Assembly: GCA_963693365.1 (NCBI GenBank)
Contig: CAVNZM010000004.1
Coordinates: 6,795,093-6,859,092, forward strand
Length of the DNA: 64,000 nucleotides
Source: Amoebidium appalachense
Taxonomy: Eukaryota; Protista; Ichthyosporea
Reading direction: 5' to 3'
The translations under genes were made by a program, and so were the position numbers. Below, in pieces: positions 1-25,352 of the stretch. The notes beneath the pieces were generated by a model. That model was not told where the DNA came from. It searched no databases and saw only the letters and a list, made by a program, of their open reading frames with translations. Numbering within the stretch: position 1 is the stretch's first letter; each line of letters starts with the position of its first letter.

Positions 1-1510
1 CATTTGCACTTTTGGCCCTGTGCACGGCACTTTGCCCTGCCCGGGAGAGGCCCAGGAGGACTTTGTCATCTGGAGTCACATACCGCGCATAGGACTCCAT
101 CGCACTGTGCTACAAACGTAGCCCGCCCCGGTGGGCATACAAAAGCGGCCCTGTACGCGTATTCATGACTCGTGACACATATGCATGATATGGAACAAAA
201 ACTACACAACACGCGCATATATATGCAATGCCGTGCATGTGCATATTATGCATGTGCCCAGCCATTGAAGCTTACATGCATGTGCATGCATGGCTTGGAA
301 GTTGTGACAGCTACTGTACTTGAGTTTTCCGTCAATCAGGGCGTTTTCCCGGATGGCAGATTAGCCATCATATGATGATAATAAAATTGCCCAAGGTCGG
401 TGGTACCATTTAGCAAAATTACGCTACGATCTTATAAGACTCAATAAATTGGCTTACACACTTTTTATTACGTGGACACTGCCGGGGGCCCAGCCACTCT
501 CGACGGCCTACTGCGTTTTCCATATTTGCATACTCTGCATACTCTGCATAGATATTTGCATACTCTGCATAGCGAAGGGCCCGGCATTATTTATTTGTTG
601 TTGCTTGCATCATATGATGAACACCATACGTACAGCAATCGTCGTCTTTCAGGCAAAATTCTAGTCGCGATTGGTGCGAACGAATCGAAGCCGGTGCAAT
701 TTGTGGCAAGCTCTTGGCCCGGCCCAGGCATGCAGCTGCCGGATGCACGGTCACGGAACACGTGACGTGGGGCTAAGTTTTGTTCCTATGAGTATTTGTT
801 CCCGATTATTTCGATGGAAGCGCTAATTATAAAAAAAAGATATTTTCCTTCGAGTGGCCCTTCAAGTTGGCAGCTCGGACCCGTTTCTCTGGCCCTGGAC
901 CGACGATCGAGCGAGAGTTCCATGCAAAGGCTTTTCTGATTTTTTCTAGGTCTACGTTTAGAGTGTATGTATTGTAATTATTTTTTTTATGTGCAGGTCT
1001 GAGTGGTAGGTACACATGGGCACTGGGCAGACAGTCTCAGATCTATCGTAATTATGATAGATGTATGTATGTGCGTACCGCGATGGCTGTAACAAAAAGC
1101 CCGGGATAATCATCAAAAATGATTTTATTGTTTTGACCTAAAAAAAAAGCAATGGCCTTTGCAGCCAAGAGCTATGTACATGCACATACATACACGTGCC
1201 GTGGGCATCATAGTAGTATGCATAGTACTGCTCGTGGCATGATTGATGCTGGGATACTACGCTAGCTACTGGTACCGTGTGTACCGTACAACGTGTGTGT
1301 GTGCGTGTGTGTCAGTGTGTGTGTGTGCGTGTGTGTGTGTGCGTGCGTGCGTGCGTGTGTATGTATGTGTGTGTATGTGTGTGTGTGTGTGTTTGTATGT
1401 GTGTGTGTGTACGCGCGCGCGCGCGCGTGTGTGTGTGCGCGTGTGTGCAGGTATACATGTATGCTTATCATATGCGTGTGTATGTGTGTGTTTGCGTGTG
1501 TGAGTGTGTG

Positions 1511-1556
<46 letters not shown>

Positions 1557-2648
1557 ATGTTGCCTTGCGGCTTAGAATCAGCAATAGCGCTAGCGAGTTG
1601 ACAGCCTCCTTTTTAGGCAGTCATCAGGTCCAAATTTGATTATCGGGAGAGAATTCGAATGCACATTTATATGTCAAATTCACATTACATACACAGCTGG
1701 CGATGTAGCTAATTGGTATATATGCGCATGTACCTTTTGCGTGTGTGGTACAGTAGTAGTGTGTGCCTGCATATACTATGCCTATGCACATGACTGTGTG
1801 TGCATGTCCGGTGGTCGGAAGAAAGGGAGTGCAATTGGCGTCACGTGAGTCAGGTATGCTATCATGAAGTGGGGCGGAGCATATTCGTATATTAGGCCCT
1901 GCAAGTAATTAGGATCTGTACAGAGTACGTACAACCGGATTCAGGGAAGGAGGAGGTATGGGGGGGAGGGAGGGGAGGGGGGGGAAGGGGGGGGGGGGGA
2001 GGGGGAGGAGGGGGAGGGGGGAAGGGAGGGTTGCTGTCTCTGGTGTCTGTGTGCGCGCGTGTGCATGGCCAAAACCCCTCGCGCATTCATACATCTTAGA
2101 TCAGGCGACAGAGTGGATTATTAAAAGAGGTTAAATAAAACGCAAACACGACCATTTCATTGGCAAATTACCATACATGTGGTATCGAGTCCATACGTGC
2201 TTTATATATATGTATAGGGGGAAATCTAGTGGGAGCTCTATGCTATCGTGCGAAGTTCGTCATTTGGGCAGAAACAGTTTGTGTGTGTTATGTCTCTTTA
2301 TTGGTGGGCATCATGCCATTGTAATTACCTGACAAGACAACCAATTCATACGGCGCCATTCGACTGTTTGCTCCTGTGAACTTGGAGCATGGAATTACGA
2401 AACCTTGCAGAAGCCATACTTATTTGCTAACTGCCTGCACGACGATCCAAAACTTTCCACCCAGCCACATTCATTCTACCTGCGCACCTGTGAACTAACA
2501 CGCCCAGACACAAACTTGGTAACCCACACACAGACACCCGCAAACGCCAGTGAGGCACACACACACCGCAAAGAGAGCAGAAAACTGTTGTGGGAAGTTC
2601 GTGTGCACACGTGCGTAGAGAATGTAGAGGTTTGTGGGATTATGTGGT

Positions 2649-2711
<63 letters not shown>

Positions 2712-3050
2712 TGTCTGTGTGCCTGTGTCTGTGTCTGTGTATGTGACATGTTTGTGCGTTTGCGCGCGTCTGTGTGTGCGTTTGTATGCTGTGTGGGTTG
2801 CGGGGTTCATGTGTGGGCTTGTTCGCTTAAAATTCATTCCCTTTTCGGAGAAACAATGCTTACAGCCATCCAACTATCGCAATAAAATAAAAATAACTCT
2901 GAGTTACATGATAACTTCAGAGACAAACAGGCTGGAAAAAAGAGCAGAACCACGGCGAAAAGATAAAAATACATATACACTAGTTTTAAGATGAAACAGC
3001 TGTAATTAAAGTATTGGAGACCCCGATACCCAAGTCGAACAGCATGTGTC

Positions 3051-3323
3051 AGAATATCTCACAGCATATCTCACTGTCCATGGATCCCGCTGTCCGAATA
3101 TCTCACTGTCTGGATATCTCAGGCCGGGATATCTCACTGTATGGATCTTCCACTGTCCACGTGCCCCACTGCCCTTATATCTCCCTGCCGGGCATCTCAC
3201 TGTCCTTATATCTCCCTGCCGGGCATCTCACTGTCTTTATATCTCCCTGTCCGGATATCTCACCGTCGGGATTTCTCACCCTGCAGACATCTCATTGTCG
3301 AAATATATCAAATTACGGATATC

Positions 3324-3345
<22 letters not shown>
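3051..3345. repeat. Degenerate 15/16-bp minisatellite (consensus about GGATATCTCACTGTC; 31-bp higher-order period in the centre)
   Basis: ATATCTCACTGTC-like units recur throughout; ctccctg occurs at 3181, 3212 and 3243. Confidence 0.85.
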
Positions 3346-15891
<12,546 letters not shown>

Positions 15892-16335
15892 CTGGACGAA
15901 TGGGGCCATTGGGGTGACGTGTCGGTCGACGTGTGTGTGTCTGTGTCTGTGCACGTGTCAGTGTGTGTGTGCGTGAAGTGTACGTGTGTCGATGTATGTG
16001 TGCAGATGTGTGGTGTGTGTTTGTGTGTGTGTGTGTGTCTGCGTGGGCGTGGGCGTGTGTAGTGTGTGTGTGTGTGTGCGTGTGTGTGTGTGTACGTGTG
16101 TGTGTGTACATGTGTGTGGGTGCATGCGTGTGTGCGTGTTTGTGTGTCACAGTGTGTGTTTGTGTGTGTTTGCGCGCGCGCGCGTGTGGTGTGTGTGTGT
16201 GTGTGTGTGTGTGTGCCTGTGTGTGTGTGTGCCTGTGTGTATGTATGTGCATGTGTGTGCGTGTGTGTGACACAGTGTGTGTGCGTGTGTGTGTGTGTAC
16301 GTGTGTGTGTGTGCGTCATTGTAATGTATGTCTCA

Positions 16336-17510
16336 GGCATCTTTCATATGGTTTTGCTCGTACTAGAGGTCTCCTGCAGGGTTCATTGCTTAGCCCCTTT
16401 TTGTTTAACCTATTTATAGATGATTTGGCTGTCAAGATTTATGCCGAAAATGATGACCCTATTGATAACTTTCCGCCTGCACTTCTCTATGATGATGATC
16501 TGTTTCTTCTCGGCTAATATTTTTAAAGACACACCCCTCCATCCTTCTATTAGACTTACATTTATTCGCACTTTTGCCTTCCCGGCATGTGCCCTTCTCG
16601 CCGCTTGGATCAAGAAAGAGAGAACTAGAGCGCTTAAACCCTTGGCAAATTTCCTTGAAGCAGAAGTTGCCTCCTTTCTAGATCTATCTAACAACTGTTG
16701 TAAACCTGGGCCTGTAAGGCTCTCGATATATGGTCTGGTCCCAATAGCTGCTAGAGTGTCCCATCTCGCGCTGAAATTCAATAAGCACATAAGCCGCTTA
16801 AAGAAGTATTTGCCCTCCCACCCTCTCTTCTCTATCCGACCTGTCCCCTCCTCACCTCTCCCCTCTTTTCTTCCCTCTCTCTCTCCTTCTCCCCCGGGCA
16901 CAAAATTTAATACAAATAAACCCAGCAAAAGTGTGCGTGTGACTTTGGACTGCCATTTACTTATTAAACATGTACATAATCACAAGATAATCATGCAATA
17001 TAACAAATGGAATAAGATACCACACGACACTAGACCCGATGAAAGCAGACACCTTGAAAAACTAAGCCTTATGTCTCGCTTTATATATATTGACCGCCTC
17101 AACCATATTGCCAAATATGGCACTCGCAAATGTATAACACCTAAATACATATTACCTTCCTGTAGAACTGGTCTTTCTCTAGCTGATGGTATTATTGATC
17201 AATTACTCACGATTTTACTGTACACGTGCTATACAGTGGAGATCTAATAAGTATCGGCGGCATCGTTTGCATGCCCAAACAACACACACACACACCAGTT
17301 TAAACGGTCATGTATCGCCAAATGTAGTTTAATAGACCACATAATACCGCAACACACACACGTCACATACACAACAGACACCCAGAAAGATAGTCTACCT
17401 GTAAATTACAACATCCTTGATTTTATACTAAACACGCGTAACTACGACCTGTTTATTAGCACGGTATTGATTGGCTTGAGAAACACATCACTACAAAATT
17501 CTAGCGCACG

Positions 17511-17595
<85 letters not shown>

Positions 17596-17626
17596 CCAGC
17601 TGATACCGAGTGTCCTAGGGGAGCCC

Positions 17627-17658
<32 letters not shown>

Positions 17659-17863
17659 AAAAAAAAAAAAAACCGGGGAACCCCATCTAATTGATTTTTC
17701 TTAGTCTTTATGGTGTCTCGTAGTGAAAGTAAACCCTGATATATAGTCGTCACCCGACATCATGTACGTGATCATGATATACCGCTGAGGGGATATTCTG
17801 AGCAAAACCCCCCCATACCTGAGACTGGTCTCTCTTTGCCTCGAGTATACAGCGTAAACCCCC
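16336..17863 (+). mobile_element. Degenerate, internally deleted non-LTR retrotransposon (RT fragment + C-terminal region + 3' UTR)
   Basis: RT motifs RGLLQGSLLSPFLFNLFIDDL and LLYDDDL (YADD-like) at ~16360-16510. Frameshifted downstream ORF. 17215-17863 matches the second copy at 31025-31648. Confidence 0.85.
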
Positions 17864-18160
17864 TCAGATGTCTGTGTGTGTGATAGTGTGATAGTGTATG
17901 TCTGTGTGTGGAATAATGTGTGTGTGTGTGTGTGTGTGTACATGTGTGTGTGTGTGGGTGGGTGTGTGTGGGTGGGTGTGGGTGTGTGTGTGTGTGGGTG
18001 TGTGTGTGTGTGTGTGTGGGTGAGGGTGTGGGTGTAGTGTGTGTGTGTGTGTGTGTTTAATAGGTTTCTGAAGACGAACGACGCACATGAATGATTGGTC
18101 CCCCTTGTAATCTCTCAAAAGTGTTGTGATTGGTGGGCTGGCCCGGAGTCGGACTATGCA

Positions 18161-18272
18161 CAGTGTTGCGCCAACTTGACTTGCAAGTCGCAAGTCAAGT
18201 CAGCGAGACCCTCGGCTTGAGTAAAGTCAAGTCAAGTCGTTCGACCCCCCTTTTCCCGACTTGACTTGGCCG
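18161..18272. mobile_element. Solo DNA-transposon end (hAT-like CAGTGTTG start, AAGTC/GACTT subterminal repeats)
   Basis: cagtgttgcgccaacttgacttgcaagtcgcaagtcaagtc...aagtcaagtcaagtc...gacttgactt; no partner end found. Confidence 0.4.
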
Positions 18273-18282
18273 AAAAAAATCA

Positions 18283-18321
<39 letters not shown>

Positions 18322-18351
18322 GGACACAGACACAAACTCAGACACGCACAC

Positions 18352-18435
<84 letters not shown>

Positions 18436-18510
18436 TACCCTCTCACGCACACACAAACACACACTTTGAACACACGCCTGCACACACAAACACACGCACG
18501 CGCGCGCACT

Positions 18511-18567
<57 letters not shown>

Positions 18568-18808
18568 GCACACACACACACACACGCACACACCAGACAC
18601 ACCACACACACACCCCGTATTTGTGATGGTTTATACCGTAACACACCAGCATATGCATATGCTCACACTAATGTGTGGCAAATATGTACACAAGCACACA
18701 CTGACACACACACACACACAATCACACATACACATCGTCACACACACACACACACACACACACGTCGCACACAAACACACACACACACATATGTACACAC
18801 ACGTACCA

Positions 18809-18893
<85 letters not shown>

Positions 18894-19057
18894 ATTTGTG
18901 GTGGCATACCGTAACACACCAACATATGCATATGTTCACACTCTCCACACACACACCGTCACACACCACACACACACACACGTCTTTGTGGTGGCATACC
19001 GTAACACACCAACATATGCATGTGTTCACACATTCTGGTGACACGCACACTAGCACG

Positions 19058-19152
<95 letters not shown>

Positions 19153-19186
19153 ACACACACACACACACACAACCACGCACACACCG

Positions 19187-19242
<56 letters not shown>

Positions 19243-19356
19243 GCATGCACACACACACACACACGCACACACAGTCCTCTGCAGCCTGGGGGGGACCGAT
19301 ACTATCCCCCCCCCCCCCCCTCCCTCTTTGACCCCAGCTTCCCCCTCCCCCGAAAC

Positions 19357-19714
19357 TCAATAGCCTCGGTAGCTACGGCAATATGCAGCAGAGTGCCCTT
19401 GCCGGCCACAAAAATAACATGAACCAAAGAAAAGGCCAGGGGAAACTTCATAACCTTGGCGCAAAGCATAACCGGGAGCCCGGTAGTGCTGGGGGGGCCC
19501 ACCGTGTGCACCACGGCCCCCCCCTTCCCCCCTGCCCCCCTCTGCCTCTCTCACCACCAGCACCAAACCCACCACGGCCTCCATGTCCACCCCTACCACC
19601 ATTCTCTCGTCCAAACCCACCTCTATGACCACCATTCTCACCACCATGTCCACCCCTCCCTCTCACTGAGGCGGGCCGGGAGGGGATGGGGCCCATACCT
19701 CCGGGGGGAAATGG
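19357..19714 (-). CDS. Terminal exon encoding an RGG-rich region + CCHC zinc knuckle (RNA-binding protein, or gag-like fragment)
   Basis: Pyrimidine-rich CAG acceptor at 19715-19717. Reads PFPPGGMGPIP...RGGHGG...RGGQGGRGG, then a frameshift in the C runs near 19517-19532, then CYFCGRQGHSAAYC (CX2CX4HX4C) and a stop. Confidence 0.6.
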
Positions 19715-19743
19715 CTGACGGGAGAGAGAAACGTTGGGAGAAA

Positions 19744-19792
<49 letters not shown>

Positions 19793-19971
19793 ACTGTACT
19801 TTGTGTGTGCGTGTGTGCACGTGTGTGTGTGTGTGTGTACATGTGTGTGTGTGTGTTGGAATACGTCACTACGTAGTACAGCAAGAGCCTTAAGCTTGAA
19901 GTATGTGTATGTGTCTTAGCTTTGTTTGTATTCGTGTCTTATTTTCTCCTTTGTGCTCTCTTCCTTTTCCC

Positions 19972-20083
<112 letters not shown>

Positions 20084-20715
20084 GTCCCCCCCCCCCCCCC
20101 CCCCCCCCGTATCTCTCTCTCTCCCTTGTTTCTGTGTGCACTGAAATCTGTAGATCTGTGCACACGTGCACCTGGCTCTCTTGCCTGATAGGACTTATTG
20201 TATTTTATCTGTGTTTGCTCTCCTCTGTTTATCTGAGAAGTAGTGTGATTTGCTAGCTATATTCGTTGTCCTTGTCTTAGTTCAAAGTAGTTTAGTTTTA
20301 GTTCAAAATAGGATGACTCACCAACAGACGCGAGTGACTCGGAGTACATCTATAGATCGTGATGCGCATTCCTGTCTATTAATATACGTGTTATGATTGG
20401 ACACTTTAGAGATGTTTGGAATTCGTTTTATCATGATGTGTCTTCACTTTGAGAGTGTCGACTATTAGGAAGTATATGTATTTAGATGAGTTTCTTTATA
20501 GAGACGAGTATAAATATATATGTGTATTAATAGCGACAAGTTGTATAATTTACTTAAGTTATTTAAGTAAGAGTTTCTAAGCTTCAGTTGTGTCTGAAGT
20601 TGGAATGCGTATGCTCTGTTGGAATGTATTTTTCTATCATCTGAAGGAACCGATTGGTTCTCTTCTTTTAGTTGAGATAAGATGATAAATGGCAAGTACA
20701 AAAAGGCCCGAGCGT

Positions 20716-21304
20716 CAGGGTTCGAAGGACGGTGGAGCCCATTAACGGAAGTCGAAATCCCGTTTCGGAAAACCTCTTCGAAAATCGGAATGCTCCCTCG
20801 GAGCAGGCCCACCAAAAATCGTAATCGTCGCGCATCAGTAAACTTGAGTACTTGTACTTGAGTTGGTTAACATTGTGAGAATAATCCCAATTAGTAATGC
20901 AACAAGTGAACGTGGCTTCTCTGGTGTGAATATCATATGCATTAAGGCTTTTCTCAAAGCACGTATGACAACACAGACAGTGCACAATCAGCTCATGATA
21001 GCCATGAATGGGCCAGATATATAGAGGCAGATGTGAAGCACGTGAAAGCTGAACTTAAGTTTCAGAAAGAAATGGCTAAGAAATTAGTTAAATAGGGCAA
21101 ACTGAAAGGGTTGACTGTGGAAGGGGCCAAGGAGCAGCTGGCAGATTTCCTGGCTTTTGACTGGAACAGGGTGCACAATGTGTATATTGCCAACCCTTTC
21201 AAATATTTATAAATTGGATCTCTGACAACACACCAGCAACCGTCAAGTAGTGTCCCTTGTTTTTATTTAAAAATTCTGGGGGAGGGGAGGGAGAGGGAGG
21301 GAGG

Positions 21305-21335
<31 letters not shown>

Positions 21336-21414
21336 AGTGAGTTGAGGCAGCAACATGGGAAGCTCAGGCAGAAATCGAATGTTTGGGGGGGGGGCAGAGG
21401 GGGGGGGGGTGGGT

Positions 21415-21448
<34 letters not shown>

Positions 21449-21649
21449 AGAAAATCACGTTGGGTGGTTGTGTTTGTGTTTGTGTGTGTGTGTGTGTATT
21501 TTTCTTTGCAATTGTGTGTGTGTGTGTGGTGGGTATGTATGCACGGCGTGTGTGCCTGTGTGTACATGTGTACAGGTGTGGGTGTGTGTATTTGTGTCAG
21601 CGGTAATCGGTGTGTGTGTGTCTATGTTGTGTGCATGTGTGCACATGTT

Positions 21650-21736
<87 letters not shown>

Positions 21737-21927
21737 ATGACATTGTGTGCATGTGTGTGTGTGTTTTGTTTCAACGGTTATGGTGCGTGTGTATGAATGT
21801 ACAGTGTGCACGTGTGTATGTATGTGTGTGTGTGTGCAGTGTGGTGTGAAGGTATGCAGGGTGTGTGTGTCTGTGTATGTGTGTGTACATTGCAGTGTGG
21901 GTGTGTGTGTTTGTAACAACGGTTTCT

Positions 21928-21962
<35 letters not shown>

Positions 21963-22013
21963 GCCACGGGGTGTGTGTGCGTGCGCCGTGATCATGGTGT
22001 GTGTGTGCAGTGT

Positions 22014-22058
<45 letters not shown>

Positions 22059-23057
22059 TGTGGGTGTGGGTGGGTGGGTGCATAGCATGTGATTGTACAG
22101 GGTGGATGCATGTGCACGTTTGTAATACAGTTATCATGATCTGAGATAGTATGTGCCTGTGCACGTGTACTAGCTAGCCTAGGTCACATGTGTGGTGTCA
22201 CGGCCGTGTACGTGGGGTGCATGTGTGTCTTTGAACGGAACACAGTCATGGTGCACAGTGTGTGTATTGCCTGCCATTTAAGACGCGTGCCACTGATCGT
22301 GATACACGTGGCACCTGCACCTGGTGGCCGTCGACTCTGAGCATCTAGATCCATTCCATGTTTAGGCCTTCCTGCAGCTGGGGGGGAAGGGAGGGGGGGG
22401 GGGGGGAGTACTAGGGGGGGGGGGGGGGGGATCCGCCTGAGGGAGGGGGGGGGGGGGGGGGGGAGGGAGGGGTGAGGCCGGAGCGGCGGTGGGGGAGAAG
22501 GAGGGGCAGCACTGGTGGAAGGAACGGTGGGCAGCGGAGGAGGGGGGAATATGGGGTTCGATTTCTGTCTGGGGGGGGGAAGGTTTGAAGTGGAGCTCGA
22601 GGCCGGCCTATATATGCATGCGCAGGCATATGCATTGTATGTTCATATGGCCATGCATGGCTATGATGCATATGTGGTGTCACGGCTGTGTGTGTGTAAA
22701 TGTGTATGTGTGTATCTGTGTGTGTGTGTGTGCGTGTGTGCGCGAGTGGGTGTGTGCATAAATGTGTTTGGTGTGACAACATGTACATGTGCTAGGCTGG
22801 CGCTCTAGTCAGCGTCTGCCATTGAACATTCTACAGGGACAGGGAGACACGTACGTACGTGTGCAGCTTGTGTGGGTGGTGTATGCCCCGTGTATGATGA
22901 GACCTGCGAAGTCATGAGAAGCTTCTCCCCGGGGGGCGGGGGGTGGGGGGGGTGGGGGGGGGGGGCTCTCGGCCGTTCCGATTCGGCCGGGACGATTTTC
23001 GGAACTGTTTTTTCAAATATCGGAAATTCCGATTTTTTTTCGTAACTTCGAACCCTG
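20716..23057 (+). mobile_element. Non-autonomous hAT DNA transposon (2342 bp)
   Basis: Perfect 12-bp TIR CAGGGTTCGAAG; 8-bp TSD CCGAGCGT / CCGAGCGC; CGGAA/TTCCG subterminal repeats at both ends; internal transposase remnant. Confidence 0.92.
20881..21212 (+). pseudogene. hAT transposase C-terminal dimerisation-domain remnant
   Basis: Reads IPISNATSERGFSGVNIICIKAFLKARMTTQTVHNQLMIAMNGPDI from 20881, matching the PxSxAxxERxFS...LM.I..NGP pattern, followed by a stop and a frameshifted tail. Confidence 0.85.
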
Positions 23058-23207
23058 CCGAGCGCACAATAATAAAAGTAAATTGTTGTTGAAATCTTTC
23101 AAGTGTCGTGAACAACTCCGATTGCCCTCTCTTTATTGTGTTGGTCGTGTTTTTACATGACACCTCTGTGCACTCTGCTCCCTTAGACCCGTACAAATAA
23201 AACAACA

Positions 23208-23294
<87 letters not shown>

Positions 23295-23416
23295 TGTATT
23301 TATCACGGTGCCAAAGTGTGCGCGTATCGAACACGCTTATTGAGCACGTCCTCGAATGTGCGTGTCTGGGCGGCAGGTACCTCCCTTCGCGGACCAGAGA
23401 GAGCGAGAGAGGGGGG

Positions 23417-23560
<144 letters not shown>

Positions 23561-23627
23561 AGAGTGAGTGTGGGGGGGGGGGGGGGGAGGGGGAACCCGG
23601 GGAGATAGATAGATAGAGAGAGCCTCG

Positions 23628-23749
<122 letters not shown>

Positions 23750-23791
23750 GAGATAGAGAGATCAGACATAAGTGGACGTGTGTATGTGGCG

Positions 23792-23874
<83 letters not shown>

Positions 23875-24938
23875 CAGTGTGTGTGTGTTGTGGTCTGTGT
23901 GTGTGTGTGGAAATATTAGATCGGAGCTCGGCGAGGGAGAGGCCGAATTCAATCAGACAACAAGTGACGGCTGTCGTCATGGCGTGTGTGTGTCAGCGCG
24001 TTTACTCTTCACTCTTTACTCACTTCGTCGGGCCTGCCGTGCATATGCAATCATGGCCAGACACGTGATCATAATAACACTGTGCCTGCACGACCTGCAC
24101 GCGCATCTGCATGCACATGTACATAGTTTCAATTTGTTTATGCCCTGATTAATGTTTTATTTTATCTTCGCCAGCCAATACCTAATACTCGCCTAATTTA
24201 TCGTTCTTATTAGTCGTAAAAAGGTGCTATATTCTTAGATATATGCATTCTTCATACGAAAATCATGATACTTTTGGAACAAATCACCTTTTCGTGCATG
24301 TCGAGTTCGCTCACGCCGCACGCGCGTCAATTTAGCACGCGTCCCCTGGAATTTCGAAAAAAACGTGCGATGGGCACGTGCACGTGCGCACGTGCGCAAA
24401 CAGCAATTTCCAACTCAAGGCATATAATGCATAATGACTATCGAAGAAAGAACTATAATGAAACTCATCATGTATTTGTCTTTGTCGAAAAGGCATATTA
24501 TACACCGTCAAACGCATGAGTCAGACAGAACAATTAGTTTTATTGATTCGTAGTCCACTCATCGGGACTCCAGGAGTGACTGACCCGAATCGATGCACTT
24601 TGGAGGTCAAAGCAGTCACACAGTTATCATGATGTTATATATAACGTAATAAAATCATACAAAAATGATTGAAAAACCATTATTGTATAACATTCGCGGC
24701 CTTGGTGCCGCCTTACTAAAGCTACACATACATTATCGTCGCCGTTCGCTAGTTGCACGCGTTGGAACTTGGCAGTTGGCACGCGCCCGACTGTTCTGTA
24801 TGTATGCTCTGCAGATCTAAAAGTATTCGAGATCTGAAACGTGGAGCGGCGCACGTGCCCAAAAAGCCAATGCAAAAGATGATGTATGTCTGAGAATGTG
24901 AGGAACTTGAGCCCTCTTCACCACCATTACATTGTAGC

Positions 24939-24970
24939 CAAGGCCTCCTATTCTGGAGTAGGAGGCCTTG
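24939..24970. mobile_element. 32-bp hairpin mini-transposon (same ends as 15717-15777) with 8-bp TSD
   Basis: CAAGGCCTCCTA-TTCTGGAG-TAGGAGGCCTTG, flanked by perfect ATTGTAGC at 24931-24938 and 24971-24978. Confidence 0.9.
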
Positions 24971-25238
24971 ATTGTAGCCCATGTACTGATATATATAGGT
25001 GTACGTATCATGCATATTTTTCCACCCCCAAAAGTGGGAGTGGGGGCGTACAACCCGGTACATTGAATACATAGATTCCTTAGAGTTATCGGCAAGATGC
25101 TTGAACGGACACAAATCCTGCCGCACAATAATATTTGCAGCATAATGAAACTAAATGCATTTAATTTTTTATTAGTTGTGTAAAGCCACAGTTGCTGTAA
25201 ATCTCACCGATGCTTATCGCCCATTTAGAAATATGCCT

Positions 25239-25262
25239 GATTGGAACTTCACAACTATATAA
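25239..25262 (+). promoter_or_regulatory. Candidate inverted CCAAT box + TATA box upstream of the secreted-protein gene
   Basis: GATTGG at 25239-25244 and TATATAA at 25256-25262, about 90 bp before the ATG. Confidence 0.45.
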
Positions 25263-25352
25263 GCACGGCAATTACGCCATAGTGAAGCAGTCGCACTCTC
25301 ACACACTTGCTCATGTACACACACATACGTATACACACCGTAAACTTTCAAA

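Noticed and set aside
18085-18155. First coding exon of the FHA-RING gene
   Set aside because: It looks coding-like, but no frame gives both a start or the expected GR motif and a phase-2 donor. Left unresolved.
24538-24600. Hammerhead ribozyme on the minus strand (ccgatgag...cgaatc)
   Set aside because: Both core motifs deviate from CUGANGA and GAAA, and stems I and III are not convincing.
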